A stretch of DNA of 64,000 nt, from NCBI RefSeq assembly GCF_002105155.1, contig NW_019028997.1:620001-684000 (forward strand), written 5' to 3'. The translations under genes and the position numbers were made by a program. Positions 52,001 through 64,000 of this stretch are shown here, piece after piece; the stretch's first letter is position 1; each line of letters begins with the position of its first letter. Under the pieces are notes generated by a model, which was given only the letters and a program-made list of their open reading frames with translations, made no database searches and was not told the DNA's origin. This DNA comes from Lobosporangium transversale (lineage: Eukaryota).

Positions 52001-55000
52001 TGACACAGGAACAAGTGGATAGGATGATCAATGAACGGGAAGCTAAAGTGGCGGAAACAAAGGAATTTCTAGAATGGCTGCTGGATCTCTTGTTCTCAAC
52101 TGTGTACCCTGGAGCGTCCTTCCAGCGGGTCTCTACGAGTTTGAGGATATTGGGCGTCATGATCAAGACGTTCGGGATCGAGAGCACACCTTTACCTTCC
52201 GGTTCTAAACCGGATGAGGTCTCCAATTTCCCATTCCAACTTCCTATCGCGACAGAGGAGCGTACAAAGATCCTATTGGGCTGTCTTTTGAATCCATTCG
52301 ATCATTGTCGTGAGCAGGCCCTTGATATCCTCATGACATTCAAGGCCCCTTATGCAGGATATGAATCTAAAGAATCCGTAGATAGCCTAGTACGCTGGGG
52401 TCTGGACTGGCTCAAGAGCACTAGAGCTGGTGAGAGTGATTCTGGTGGATTAGTGATGAAAACCATCTTTGTAAAGTATGCGATTGAACTTGGATGGGAC
52501 ATCAAACTGCCTTATGGTGATGTGGGCGAAGTCTCTAATGTGAACTTTGCAAAAGAAACAGGAAACCCAGCAGGTATTGTAAAACATCTGTATTTTTCTT
52601 TTTTTTTTTTTTTTTTTTTTTTTTTCCATTCATCGAAATGATATCCGATTCATACATTAATACATTAGCTAGCCTCTTCTACCCTGCTAACTTCTTGTTC
52701 CTTTTGACATCTTTTATTTTATACAACTGTAATTGATCTAGTCGATTTTACAATTCGTTTACAAAATCTACTCCGCATTCAACTTGAGAAGGCGCGCTTA
52801 AACCAATTGAATGCGGCACATCACCATCCTTTACATGGCAGTTTGATAGGCCTCCGCTATCTCTTTTCTTCGATCGACTATGCATCTCCATTGGTTACAA
52901 ATCATCGCCCCTTATGGCAGACCGTTCATGCGGATATGATGGATCTTGTAGAAAGTGTCTGTGGTACTGTCATGGGTGTCTTGTCGAACCCTTCACCGGA
53001 GGGCAACATCCCCGCCACGTTTACAGAAATGGAAGAATCGATCGACGCAGTGATTAGCGCCTCTGGAGGGGATGAAATGGAACAAAGTGGTGGTCCCAAC
53101 CATCAAGTCATCCTCAGTTACTGTTGGAGAGCTATTAAAGAGTCTTCCTCCTTGATGGAACTTGTATTGTCCAAGGCCACCATCATCAGCAGTGCACTCA
53201 AGACCGATGGCGTTTTACAACCCGTGGTACTCGACCGAGCAGGTGGGCTCTTCCGTCGACTGTTGACCACCATTCGCCATCCAGGAGCCTTCTCTTCTGT
53301 CTTCCCTGCCTATATCTCACTCTGCACTCGACTTTTGAACTCTGAGGATGCTACTCTAGCTGCATTACCTAGAGCATGGTTGGAAGAGAACCTAGATGCG
53401 ATTTTGAGTGATTCCATTTCTGTGACTCGAAGGTCTGCCGGCTTACCTCTCTGCATCCTCGCTCTTGTGAATGCAGAACTCTCAGATAGTCGACGTACTT
53501 TGTTACCGATGGTCATGCGACGTGTCATGGCCATTGCTTTGAAGCCTGTGAGCCCAGACGCTAACCAACAGGTGGACCTTCCACAGATTCATGCCATGAA
53601 TGTGCTTCGACGACTCTTTATGGATGCGAAGCTCAGTACTTCGGTCCTGCCGTATGTCGGACAAGGTCTTGAGCTCTCCATCCGTGCGTTCTCTTCCCCA
53701 TCATGGGCTGTACGCAACTGTGGTGTGATGTTGTTCTCCACATTACTTCATCGCGTCTTTGGAGCGAAACGAGTCCGTGACGAGCACTTGGCGATCAATG
53801 GTATCACGAGCCGTGAGTTGTTTGCTCGTCTGGAAGACTTGCGTGGGTTCCTTCAAGGTCAATTGGAGGTTGCAGTCAGTCAACTGTTGAATGCAGAATC
53901 GCCGTCATCATCGTCGTCCTCTACAGACCGTGTCCATCCAGGATTGTATCCTGTCTTGACACTCTTGTCGAGGCTACAACCCAGTTTACATCCAGATCCA
54001 GCAGATGCTGTAGATGGAGGCATGTCTGTGTTTGTTACTCTGGTTCGTCGTTGTGCTGCCAGTGCGATTTGGAAGACACGTGAGATGGCTGCTCGTGCTT
54101 TGATCCCCTTGATCGCCTCTCGAGACTTGATGGATCTTGTGTTGGATATCCTGCAAGGATGCTTGAGACCTACTATTTCCCAAAATGAGACACATGGGTT
54201 GCTTGTTCAAGTCCAGTTTCTTTTACGTGGGCATCTCTTGGGCGAAGGAGTTGCCGATCGAGTGGTCCGTCGGTCGTTTGTCACTCGATTCGCAGAGATG
54301 TTTGGTCCAGTGTCAGAACATGTTCTCAAAACAGGTTGTTCTATCAATCAGTGGATGATCCTTTCAATCTGCACAGAATTTATCTTTGGTCAGGACTGGA
54401 TCGGACAAGATAACACGGTCGAAACAGAGGCAGGAGAGGGTAAGGGCGAAAAGGACATGCAGATGGAGGTGGAGAGTGAGAGTCAATATGAAGAGATGAC
54501 CCGTTTGAGTCACAGTCACTTCACATCTATTCGTGAGTTCATTTTCAACTATGCAATCATTGGACTTGTGGAGGGGCAACAGAGTTATCGTACTCAAATT
54601 GGAGGGCATCTGGTCCGGCGTCTTTTAGCAAGAGTCTTTATTTCTGCCACAGTTGTTCTTGGAGACAATACTATGATGTCTAAGGAGCAGGCAACGGAGA
54701 CAGTGGTGATGCTACTGAGGGATGAAGATTATGAAATCAGACTCGAGACTTTGGAGACACTTCTTCATTACCACCAGCAGCAGCAGCAACAGCATCAGCA
54801 GTCAAATGGCAATACCAATAGAGTTGGAGGTAGTATTGACATGGAAACCCATCTGGATACACATGCGATCCATGACACTTTGATCCATATTCTGTTCGAG
54901 GGAGAAGATAATCTGGAATGTCTTCGATTGGAGGTAGCCTTCATATCGATCCTTGGCACTGATAGACCTTTCCCCAAGGGTAGCCAGGTTGAGATTGTCG

Positions 55001-56542
55001 AGTTCTGGAATCGGCTCTTGATGCGGATTGATGATCGAGCTACTGGGGGTGTGGCCGTTGTGGAAGCGATCTTGCCTGCTATTGGAAAAGTCTTTGCTCA
55101 GGTAAGGAAAAAAAAAATTATATGATATTCTCTTGAAATGGTCAGAAATGACGTGCTTCTAACATCGAAACCAAAAAAAAAAAAAAAAAAAAAAATTGTA
55201 TAAACCGTACTACTTGCTTTTAGATCTGGAGTGATATCAGTGTTGAGGAGTCCTTGAGGATTGATTGCTTGAATCGCTGGGCTGACTCGATTCACAAGTT
55301 TGCAAACGAAGAACAGGTATGAAAAGGACGCTTCTTACTCTTTATTATTGAAAAAAAAAAAAAAAAAAAAAAAAAAAGACTCGCCTGTTTGTGCTGAACA
55401 TGTTTTGTTTTTCCTTTTGGTCCGTCTATAGACACTCCAACTTCGAGAAGCAGCTTTGGAATCGATTGCTTTCTTTACCAACGACTTGTTGGATCCAAAG
55501 CAGGCTCCACCATCTGTGGACGTAACACGCGCATACCTCAAACTTTTTGAGGCGCTGATTTGGCAGTTGCAGGATGATGAACAAGAGGTTCGAGACGAGG
55601 CCACCTTGATTGTCTCTCGTGCAAGTCGCCTACCCTATGCTGTCTCTTCCGAAAAGGCCTTGACATTAGTGTACGATCATCAACTTTGCTTGTTCGCAGG
55701 CCTTGGTGTTAATGAGATACAACTCCAACTTCTTGTTGATTCCTTAATCTCTAGTCTTATGGGCACTAACAAGCCAGGTAAACGCTCTTCTGTCTTAATT
55801 TTTTTTTTCTTTTTTCTTTTTTCTTTTTTCTTTTTTCTTGACTTTTATTACCGTATTCTAATGCATATCCCTCCCTCCCTCCTTTTTTTTTTTTTTTTTC
55901 CTTTTTGTTCCACATCTTCCAGCTCGAGTCGTCATTGAATCTTTGCAGCCAAGCAAAACGCTATTCAATAAGGAATCACCCAATTTATATCGCGAACCAT
56001 TAATATCGATCCAATTGACTCTACGATCTTTAAAGTCAATCTTGTCATCACGGCCTTCCTTTTCTGATCTCCCAGTTTCGATTCAAAAGAGATTTGAGGC
56101 CTTCCAAAAGCATTGTCTTCAGGATACAAAAGAAGTTCAACAGGCGATCGAAAAATGGAGCGCTTCAAAGTTGGACGAAAGGAATAATAATAATGATGGT
56201 GATGGTGATGGTAATAATAGTAATGATAATAGTGGTGGTGCCAACGATGACAGCGATGACGGTGTCGATGACGGTAGCGGTGAGAAACATGTTGATCGAT
56301 CCCCATGGGGCGTCAGTGGTCGTAAACCTATCTTTGAAGTGCTTTACAAATTGGCAGGAGGGGCCAGTTTATTGAACCCAGCTGTTGTTCATTCTGATAA
56401 GAGTAATTTGTCAAACACTGACAGGGATACTTTTCTGGAGATCATCCATGACCCTTCCAAGATACATCCTGTTATCGTCCACACAAGCCAACGCCAACAT
56501 GACACATGTAATTACAATAGACAGCTGTTTTTGATAGAATAG
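49007..56542 (+). CDS. TRM732: THADA/Trm732 armadillo-repeat protein (DUF2428; partner of tRNA 2'-O-methyltransferase Trm7), multi-exon
   Basis: YWEDPVDTVQH, LSYCWRAIKESS, IRHPGAFS, TRRSAGLP, PQIHAMNVLR, WAVRNCGVMLF, LYPVLTLLSRL. About 6 introns (49257-49403 and 49892-50016 checked). Confidence 0.92.
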
Positions 56543-56691
56543 AGAACGAAAGCAGTAAATTAAAAGATTAAATAATTTCAGGCACATTCATTTATTTCGG
56601 CTTCGGCAAACAAAAAGATTATCTGTCAATTCTTCAAGGCAAAAAAAAAAAAAAAGCAATATTCTTTATACATATTTTTTTTTCTCCCTGT

Positions 56692-58201
56692 CTATCGACG
56701 ACTGTTATGATGGTTACAATATCGCCTGTGTACTGATTGCTCAGTACTGGATTCTGTGTTATATCCCGGGAAAATGGTTGGCCAACAGACAGGATGGAGC
56801 TGCGGATAATGTTCTGCAACTGCATTCAGGATACCTTTGTACAGAACATCGTTCCCCATTCTTTTCAAATGAAGGCCATCCATAATATAATCCTCCAATT
56901 GGGTGGATTCATGCAACATACAAGTGCCCTCAACTTGACATTGAATATCGGACCAAAGATTGACTACAGGCACCTTCAACTCTTGTCCGACTTCAACACA
57001 AGCATCTGCATATTCCTTTGTGACGTTGTTTGATCGATCCAATCGTTTGTTGGCTGCAGTGACTGAGGCTTCCCACATGACATCATGAACAGGTGCTGGG
57101 GTGACCAAAACAACTTGAGTGTGAGGAGAATAATTTGGAGAATCTGGGAATCGGATGGAGGAGATGATGGACCGAAGATTTTCCTTGTAGGCGCCCAAGG
57201 CCACATGTTGACGCGTATGTGGGAATGATGCATCATCCGTTCCAAGGGCAACCACAACAAGTTTTACAGGCTCAACACCACCGGCAGCTGATTTGGACTC
57301 TTGATGTAGAAGATCTGGGAATATTGATTTGATCCAATGCGTATTGTATCCTAACCGCATACACACCATTCATACACACCATGCATACAAAAAAAATAAA
57401 AAATAAAAAAAAGGGAGACGCGTCAGCCTGATTTAATAAAAAGTCTCTAATCGTGTATGCAAAATATAATCTTTGGGTTACTATACCTGGGAAGCCCCGA
57501 AGGATTACATCAGCACGTCCAGCCCATTCATCAGCCAATGAGCCTATCCATCCATGAGTAGCATGAGTATATCCGTATTTTGAAATCGAGTCTGCAAGAA
57601 CAACAATCTTTCCAAAGAGTAAACAATCATCTTGATCTGCGATAGGTTCAAACCCTTTCTGTGTCTGACCCTGGTTTGATTGTGGTTGTTGTTGTTGTTG
57701 TTGCACGGATGAAAGTGGACAAAGTGGGATTACCATTGGTCGAAGCTCTCCTTGATCAGGAGGACCCATAAAAGTACTTTGGAACTCACGCGTCGGACCC
57801 ACTTGAGGAGAATCGAGTAAGCCAGCAATGATTTTGAAATAAAAAAAGGATGCGGTGACCACCAAGGAGACGAAGGCAACAGCAGAGTTGAAGGTGTAAG
57901 CGTTCACATACGTTGGTGTAAAAGGAGCGTCGCGAGGCAAGCGTCCAGTTCCTTCGTAAGCACGTCCATTGTAATAGACTTTGTTGTCAGTGACGGTGTC
58001 AACTCCAGAGGCCGTTGTCGTTGATGTCGTTGTCGATGTTACTGTTGTTGTTGCTGTTGTTCCACTAAGAGTCTTGCTTGTTTCAGCATTGGCATTTGTA
58101 TCGGAATTAGTTGAAGGAGTGTTGTCGTTGTTGTCTTGGTTAGGATTGTCTTGAGGGATGCGACGACGCAATCCAGAGTCAGCAGCCTGTTGAGACTGCA
58201 T
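56692..58201 (-). CDS. SGNH/GDSL hydrolase, IAH1-like, with an N-terminal extension and predicted TM helix
   Basis: LADSISKYG, RGFPGYNT (across intron 57486-57351), LGTDDA, DGLH. Hydrophobic AVAFVSLVVTASFFYFKIIAGLL. Confidence 0.88.
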
Positions 58202-58607
58202 TGCAAAAGTGAAGCAGGGTTTAAAATAAAAAGAGTGAAAGTAATGGAGTGGGGTCCAAAGGACGAAATGAAGCTTATGAAGGTAATGGAGGTAATGTCA
58301 TGGGTAATGAGTAAAAAAGAGCAATCAAACAAAGAGAGAGAAGGAGAGATGGAGAGAGAAGGAGGAGGCATAATAAATATGAAAGACTATTAAACTTGTT
58401 TAGTCTCCTTTTCTTTTCTTCACTTTACTCCTTTGTTCCTGTATAATAATTAATCAAAACAGTAACGGTTTCTCTCCTTCTCCTTCTCTCTCTCTCTCTC
58501 TCTCTTGCCCAGACTCTGACTTCTTTCATTCTTCTTCTTCTTCTTCTTCTTCCCCATCCCTTGTACATATACATATACATATCCATATCCATATACCTAT
58601 TCTAATC

Positions 58608-60280
58608 ATGTCCAAATCTTCCTATTCCATGCCCCCGGGTGAAGAAAGACATTACAATGTCCCAACTTCAAGACCTAATTCCATGCAACAGAAACTAGCC
58701 CTCATGCAACAACAACAACAACAGTACAATGTCAAACCCATCACCATTCGTCCAAACTCAATGTCTCTTCCTTTTGCTGGTCTCTCTCATCAACAAACAC
58801 AATCCAAACTCTCTCAATGGCTTCATTTTGGCCAACAAAAGTTCCTCAAACTCAAACGTCTACACAGGATACGAACCAGACGTGGTCTCGAACGGAATTG
58901 GTATCAAGTCAGCACCGCTCTCTTCTTGATCCTCTCTCTCCTTCTTCTCACTCACCTTCTTGGATCCATCATCGGTTTTGGCTTCAGTTTTGGCTCCCTA
59001 CCCTTGTTCTCGGGATCGAGAGATCGATTAGGTCCCAGGATGAAGGAGACACTTCAGGCATTAGAGGAACTTCAATACATGACCAATTCTGGTGTCATTG
59101 TCACACTTGACAAAAATAAACTTTATTCCGGTGTCAGAAGAGCTAGACTCTACCAGGGGTCAAGGATCCGAAGGCAGATCATGGATTTCCAAAAGGATCC
59201 TGTCATCAAAGTCGTCGATAATGATTGCCTGGATGAAGCCTTGAAGCTGAAACGACTGGGCTTTAAACCAATTGTCCTCGATATGGCCAATCGTGAATTT
59301 CCAGGTGGAGGTAAAAATGCATGTACTCTGTTCTGTATTCATTTTCATTTTCATTTTCATTTTACTGGTTGATACATTGCATTTTCATTTTCGAAAATGC
59401 TCACGTAAAATAACCTTGTTCTCTTTTCTCTCTTTCTTTCTCTTTCTCTCTCTCCTTTTTCCGCATCTAGATTACAGAGCTGATGGCACCACACAAGAAG
59501 CAGGACTCTTTCGTAGGACAAACCTTCATCAGTGTTTGGACACAGAGCCAAGGCGGTCTGAATTTTATCCGTTGCCAAGTCAAGGAGCTGTTTACTGTCC
59601 CAACATGGTCGTCCTCAGGAGATCAATCAAGGATAATGAAGCATTTATGGAGCGTCCAGAATGGATGAGTTTCCTGGTATGCAGTTTTTTTTTTCTCTTT
59701 TTTTTTCGTACATTCCTTACTTTCTAGCGCATTGACTCTTTTTTATTTATTTATTTTGAATTTTTTCTAGGCCATGGCACCACTCAGGAACCCTCCACTT
59801 GTTCCAAATGAAGCAAATGAAATGGTCTTGGGAGAAAGAGCCGTCATTATCACAAAGAAAAAGATCCAGAATATGTTTCGCATCGCCCTCGATAATGGTA
59901 TATGTTGATCCACCTTCTTTCTCTATCACTTGAACAGCTGAACTGAACCAGAATGGTTATGGACTAAGCTGAATTTCTCTGAATTCTTTACTTTAAATAC
60001 ATACAATATAGGACATGATGCTATTGTATTATCTGCATTTGGATGTGGGCGTTTACATAATCCACCTGAATCAGTAGCAATGATATTCAAGGAGGTGATC
60101 AAAACCAATTACATGGGTGGTGCGAAACAAGGGCGGACATTTGGTACGATCGTCTTTGCTATCACTTCATACAAAAGCCTGGATAGCGATGTAAGTGATA
60201 CCTACAACTACGACACCTTTAAGCGTGTTATGGAGGCTCCAGATGAGATCCCACCAACGTCCAAAGAGATGGAGCTTTAA
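58608..60280 (+). CDS. TIGR02452/DUF2263-like macrodomain (bacterial-type PARG family) with an N-terminal TM segment, 4 exons
   Basis: VLDMANREFPGG|DYRADGTTQEAGLFRRTNL, AVYCPNMVVLR, VLSAFGCGRLHNPPESVAMIFKEVI, IVFAI. Introns 59311-59470, 59677-59770, 59898-60011. Confidence 0.85.
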
Positions 60281-60911
60281 TCAAAAGATATACGCATACA
60301 ATAATATATATATAATAATATAATACAAATAAAAACCCCATATTTTTTTATTTTTTTTACATCTCAATACATGTTCATTGAACTAAAAGAGAAAGGAGCA
60401 TTAAAGTGGACTTGCTCTGACTGATTGACGTTTTATCTCTGTTTTAATCCTAATAAAATTAAACTTTTTTCAGATCAAGTTCCTTTCTATGGATTAGATA
60501 TGGATGCAATTTTTTACATGTAAGATCTTCCTACACACTGCAAATAATACACAGAAGGTTCTGGCCTACGATGTGGCGTTGTACCTGCAATGTATTTTAA
60601 TATACTTATTACACTAATGGACTTTAACAACTTTGTTTTCTCACTCTCTAACTGTCCTCTTCCATCTGTACTCTCTCCCATCATCCCTAGATATCTCCTC
60701 CACATGTCTTCACTCTAGAATAAAGCTCCTTTTGCTTACATACACTTACCAATTGCATGGGTCCGGACAACAATCATATTTTTCCCACTCTTGTGTCGTC
60801 ACCAAATGGCGAAGCTGAAAAAAAAAAAAAAAAAAAAAAAAGAAAGAAAGAAAGAAATAAGAACATCTTTCATCTTGTCCTCATCAATCGAATAATCGAG
60901 CACCCACCACA

Positions 60912-63865
60912 ATGACACACAATCAATACCAGCGATTCCGAAGGAGCGACAACGACAGCATTGAAGAAGTTTGTGTCAGGTCTGCTTCCATCTCTGCAGC
61001 CAATGGCAACCCGTCATACTATGTGAGTTTGAGAGACATTCAAGACGTGTTTCCAGATGCAATGAGATTCAAGTCGGATGGACATCCTATTCCGTTCCTT
61101 GAAGACCTTGATGGCAACAGGTATATTATTCTATCGTAGTGCCTAATGCGCGTTATCAAATACTCTGAATAAGAACATGGGAGGGCTCAATTAGGTATGG
61201 GTTCATTCTTTGGTCCAATTAGAATCGAGCCCTCACGCATTGCATTCTATCCTAACAAGATCCTGGATGTCATTACAGAAGGACCACAGGTCTGCAATAG
61301 TAATAGCAGCAGTAATAGTAGCACCAGCAGTACTAGCAGCGACAGCATGGCCGTCATCAATTTGCCTGCGTTGAAAATGCCAACCAACCTAACCTCTCAG
61401 GATATTTTACCATTATCAAACTTGGTTCATTCTTTCAACTCAATCCTTACTACTCGCGACAAAGCGCAAACTGAGATGGTCAACTCTAGCCTTAAAGCGA
61501 TTGCGGAGTCGATGCTAGAGGCCAAAGAAAAGAGCAACATGGTGATTGACCTGTTACTGGAAGCCAAAAAGAAGGACGATGAAATGCTTAAACTGAGTAA
61601 CGAAATACTTAAACTGCAAAGGGAGGCGAAGGAGAAGGACGAAGAAATGCTTAAACTGCAGCAGCAAGCTCTCGACAGACTTGCCATTCTTCAAAGACAT
61701 GCTAGTGCTATCCTTGTCCAGAACTTTGAGTTACATGAGTATCCAATCCCTCGACTCTTCATAGTCCTGCCTGTCGACACCACCAAGTGGGACCCACGGA
61801 ATCTCCTGAGGAGCAAGGTCCGCCTTCATTTCCTTTGTGAATGTGGAGAGCACACTGCAACGATAAGCAAAAGCAACCAGATCCATATTGCCAAACACGA
61901 AGGATATGACATCCTAAACAGCACAGAGTTCTTTCACAAGTATGGAAAGTACATGCTCATCCTTTTACACTCCCTCAAAATGAAATCGCCCTTGACGGCT
62001 TCTTTGGCATCAATTCCGAAACTCGATGCTGGTATCGATTACTCAATCAAATATATGAAAGCACTCTCTAATGAATACTCAGTCTTGAGCAAGATCAACG
62101 AAATCGATGACTTTGAGGTACTTGAAGGGGCTGATCTTCGGCAACTGAGGAAATTCCTTGAAAACAACGATGAAAGCAAACAACTTGGCAACTTGTACAG
62201 GATCACGACAGAGACAGGCCATGTCAAATGGGTCTGTCTGGATCACTATCGTTGGACATATAGAGAAGCAGAACAAAAAGCGTTCAAAAAGGTAGTGGAG
62301 CTAAATGGTGGCGAATATGACTTGCACCTTGGTAAAGTGACAATTACACTAGAGTCCAAAACAACAGCTGAAGAATTCTTCGATGCGCTGGCCAATGCAA
62401 GACGTGTTTATGAGTTGGATATCATCTTTGACTGGGATTGGACCAAAGCTGATCTGGAAGCATTCGAAGAAGCACTAAAGACGTCAAGTGTATCGATACT
62501 TCGACTTGAACTCGGAGATTTTCAAGAAAGCATTAGCTGGAAAATACTTTCGACATCCTCGCCATATGAAACACTTGCTCGCATGATAGAACTTAGCAGC
62601 ATGAAGACAATCCATATTGTTCTCCCTCCGAAGACTATAAAAGTCCCCAGTTTACGATTCAATAGGCCATCACACCTTCGAAATCTAACCATTGAGATGC
62701 AGCCTCGGATTGGCTTTAATGACTTTCGAGTACTCGCAAGTGCACTCAAGGCCGATACGGCTATAACCACGTTGAACTTGAGGGGTAAATCAATTGGAGA
62801 TGAAGGAGCTCTTGCACTATCAGAGGCACTCAAGACTAACAGGACATTGACTACTTTGGATTTGGGGTCCAACCGTATTCGAAAGGAGGGAGCCCTTGCA
62901 CTGTCAGAAGCACTCAAGGCCAACACAACCTTGACCACTCTGAACATGAGAAAGAACCCAATTGGGAATGAAGGAGCTCTTGCACTGTCAGAGGCACTCA
63001 AGACTAACACAACTTTGACTGCTTTGTACTTGAGAGACAACTCAATTGGGAATGAAGGAGCTCTTGCACTGTCAGAGTCACTCAAGGCTAACGCAACCTT
63101 GACTAACCTGGACTTGTACAGCAACTCAATTGAGAAGGAAGGAGCACTTGCACTGTCAGAGGCACTTAAGACCAATACATCCTTGACTGGTTTGGGCTTG
63201 AACAGCAACTCAATTGGGGATGAAGGAGCTCTCGCACTGTCAGAGGCACTTAAGACTAACACTACCTTGACTACACTGGATTTGATGGGCAACCGAATTG
63301 AGAGGAAAGGAGCTCTTGCACTGTCAGAGGCGCTCAAGACCAACACCACCTTGATCACTTTGGATTTGGAGTACGATTCACTTGGAAAGGAAGGGGCTCT
63401 GTTGCTGTCAAAGATAAATACGACTTTGGATACTTTGGACTTTGAATCCCAATCACTTGGAGTTGAAGGTGCTTATGCAATCGCAGAGGCGCTCAAGGCT
63501 AACACAACCTTGACTGCTTTGAGCTTGGAAGTCAACTCAATTGGGAGTGAAGGAGCTCTTGCACTGTCAGAGACACTCAAGGTTAACACTACCTTGATTG
63601 GTTTGGGCTTGGGCTACAACTCAATTGGGGATGAAGGAGCTCTTGCACTGTCAGAGGCACTCAAGACAAACACCGGTCTGACCGGTTTGAACTTGTACAA
63701 TAACTCAATTGGGAAAGAAGGAGCTCTGGCACTGTCAGAGGCACGCAAGGGGCTAACGCAACCTTGACTAACCTGGACTTGACGTACAACCCAATTGGGA
63801 ATGAAGGAACTCTTGCACTGTCAAAGGCACCCAAGGCTAACGCGACTCTAGTTGTTTATATGTGA
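60912..63865 (+). CDS. Near-intact LRR-family protein with 13 LRRs; +2 G frameshift before the last repeat
   Basis: Exon 1 60912-61120, intron 61121-61222, exon 2 open to 63767. aaggggctaac near 63750 (paralogs aaggctaac) shifts out the last LRR, which ends LVVYM* at 63865. Confidence 0.88.
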
Positions 63866-64000
63866 GAGTGTCTTAGACGACAGTTAATTATTTCTGGCGC
63901 TGTAACACGTCCGGTATTGGCTAATAAATATGAACCTTTATTAGTTCTATTTGGTTGAATTGGTCACCGATATTATCTTGGTAGCTAAAAAGAGATGTTT

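Overview
Eukaryotic DNA with short GT-AG introns and many poly(A/T) tracts. Gene style suggests an early-diverging fungus, probably Mortierellaceae (inference). Conserved genes form three head-to-head pairs: SDR/NUP159, TSC13/TRM732(THADA), and an IAH1-like SGNH hydrolase with a bacterial-type PARG-like macrodomain. Between them are at least eight copies or relics of one gene family, only one fully intact. Its architecture is an N-terminal header, a variable 14-aa coiled-coil repeat, a Cys/His core (CECGEH...WVCxDHY) and, in the five long copies, 8-23 RNI-like 28-aa LRRs with hypervariable beta-strand positions; there is no NTPase domain. The copies are mosaics of each other and sit in two inverted segmental duplications. 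All seven copies whose 3' flank is fully visible carry a degenerate piece of what looks like 25S/28S rRNA domain V just after the gene end. Also present: a Helitron relic, a fragmented unclassified repeat, a duplicated 45-codon spliced microORF and microsatellites. No tRNA, intact rRNA gene or CRISPR array was seen.
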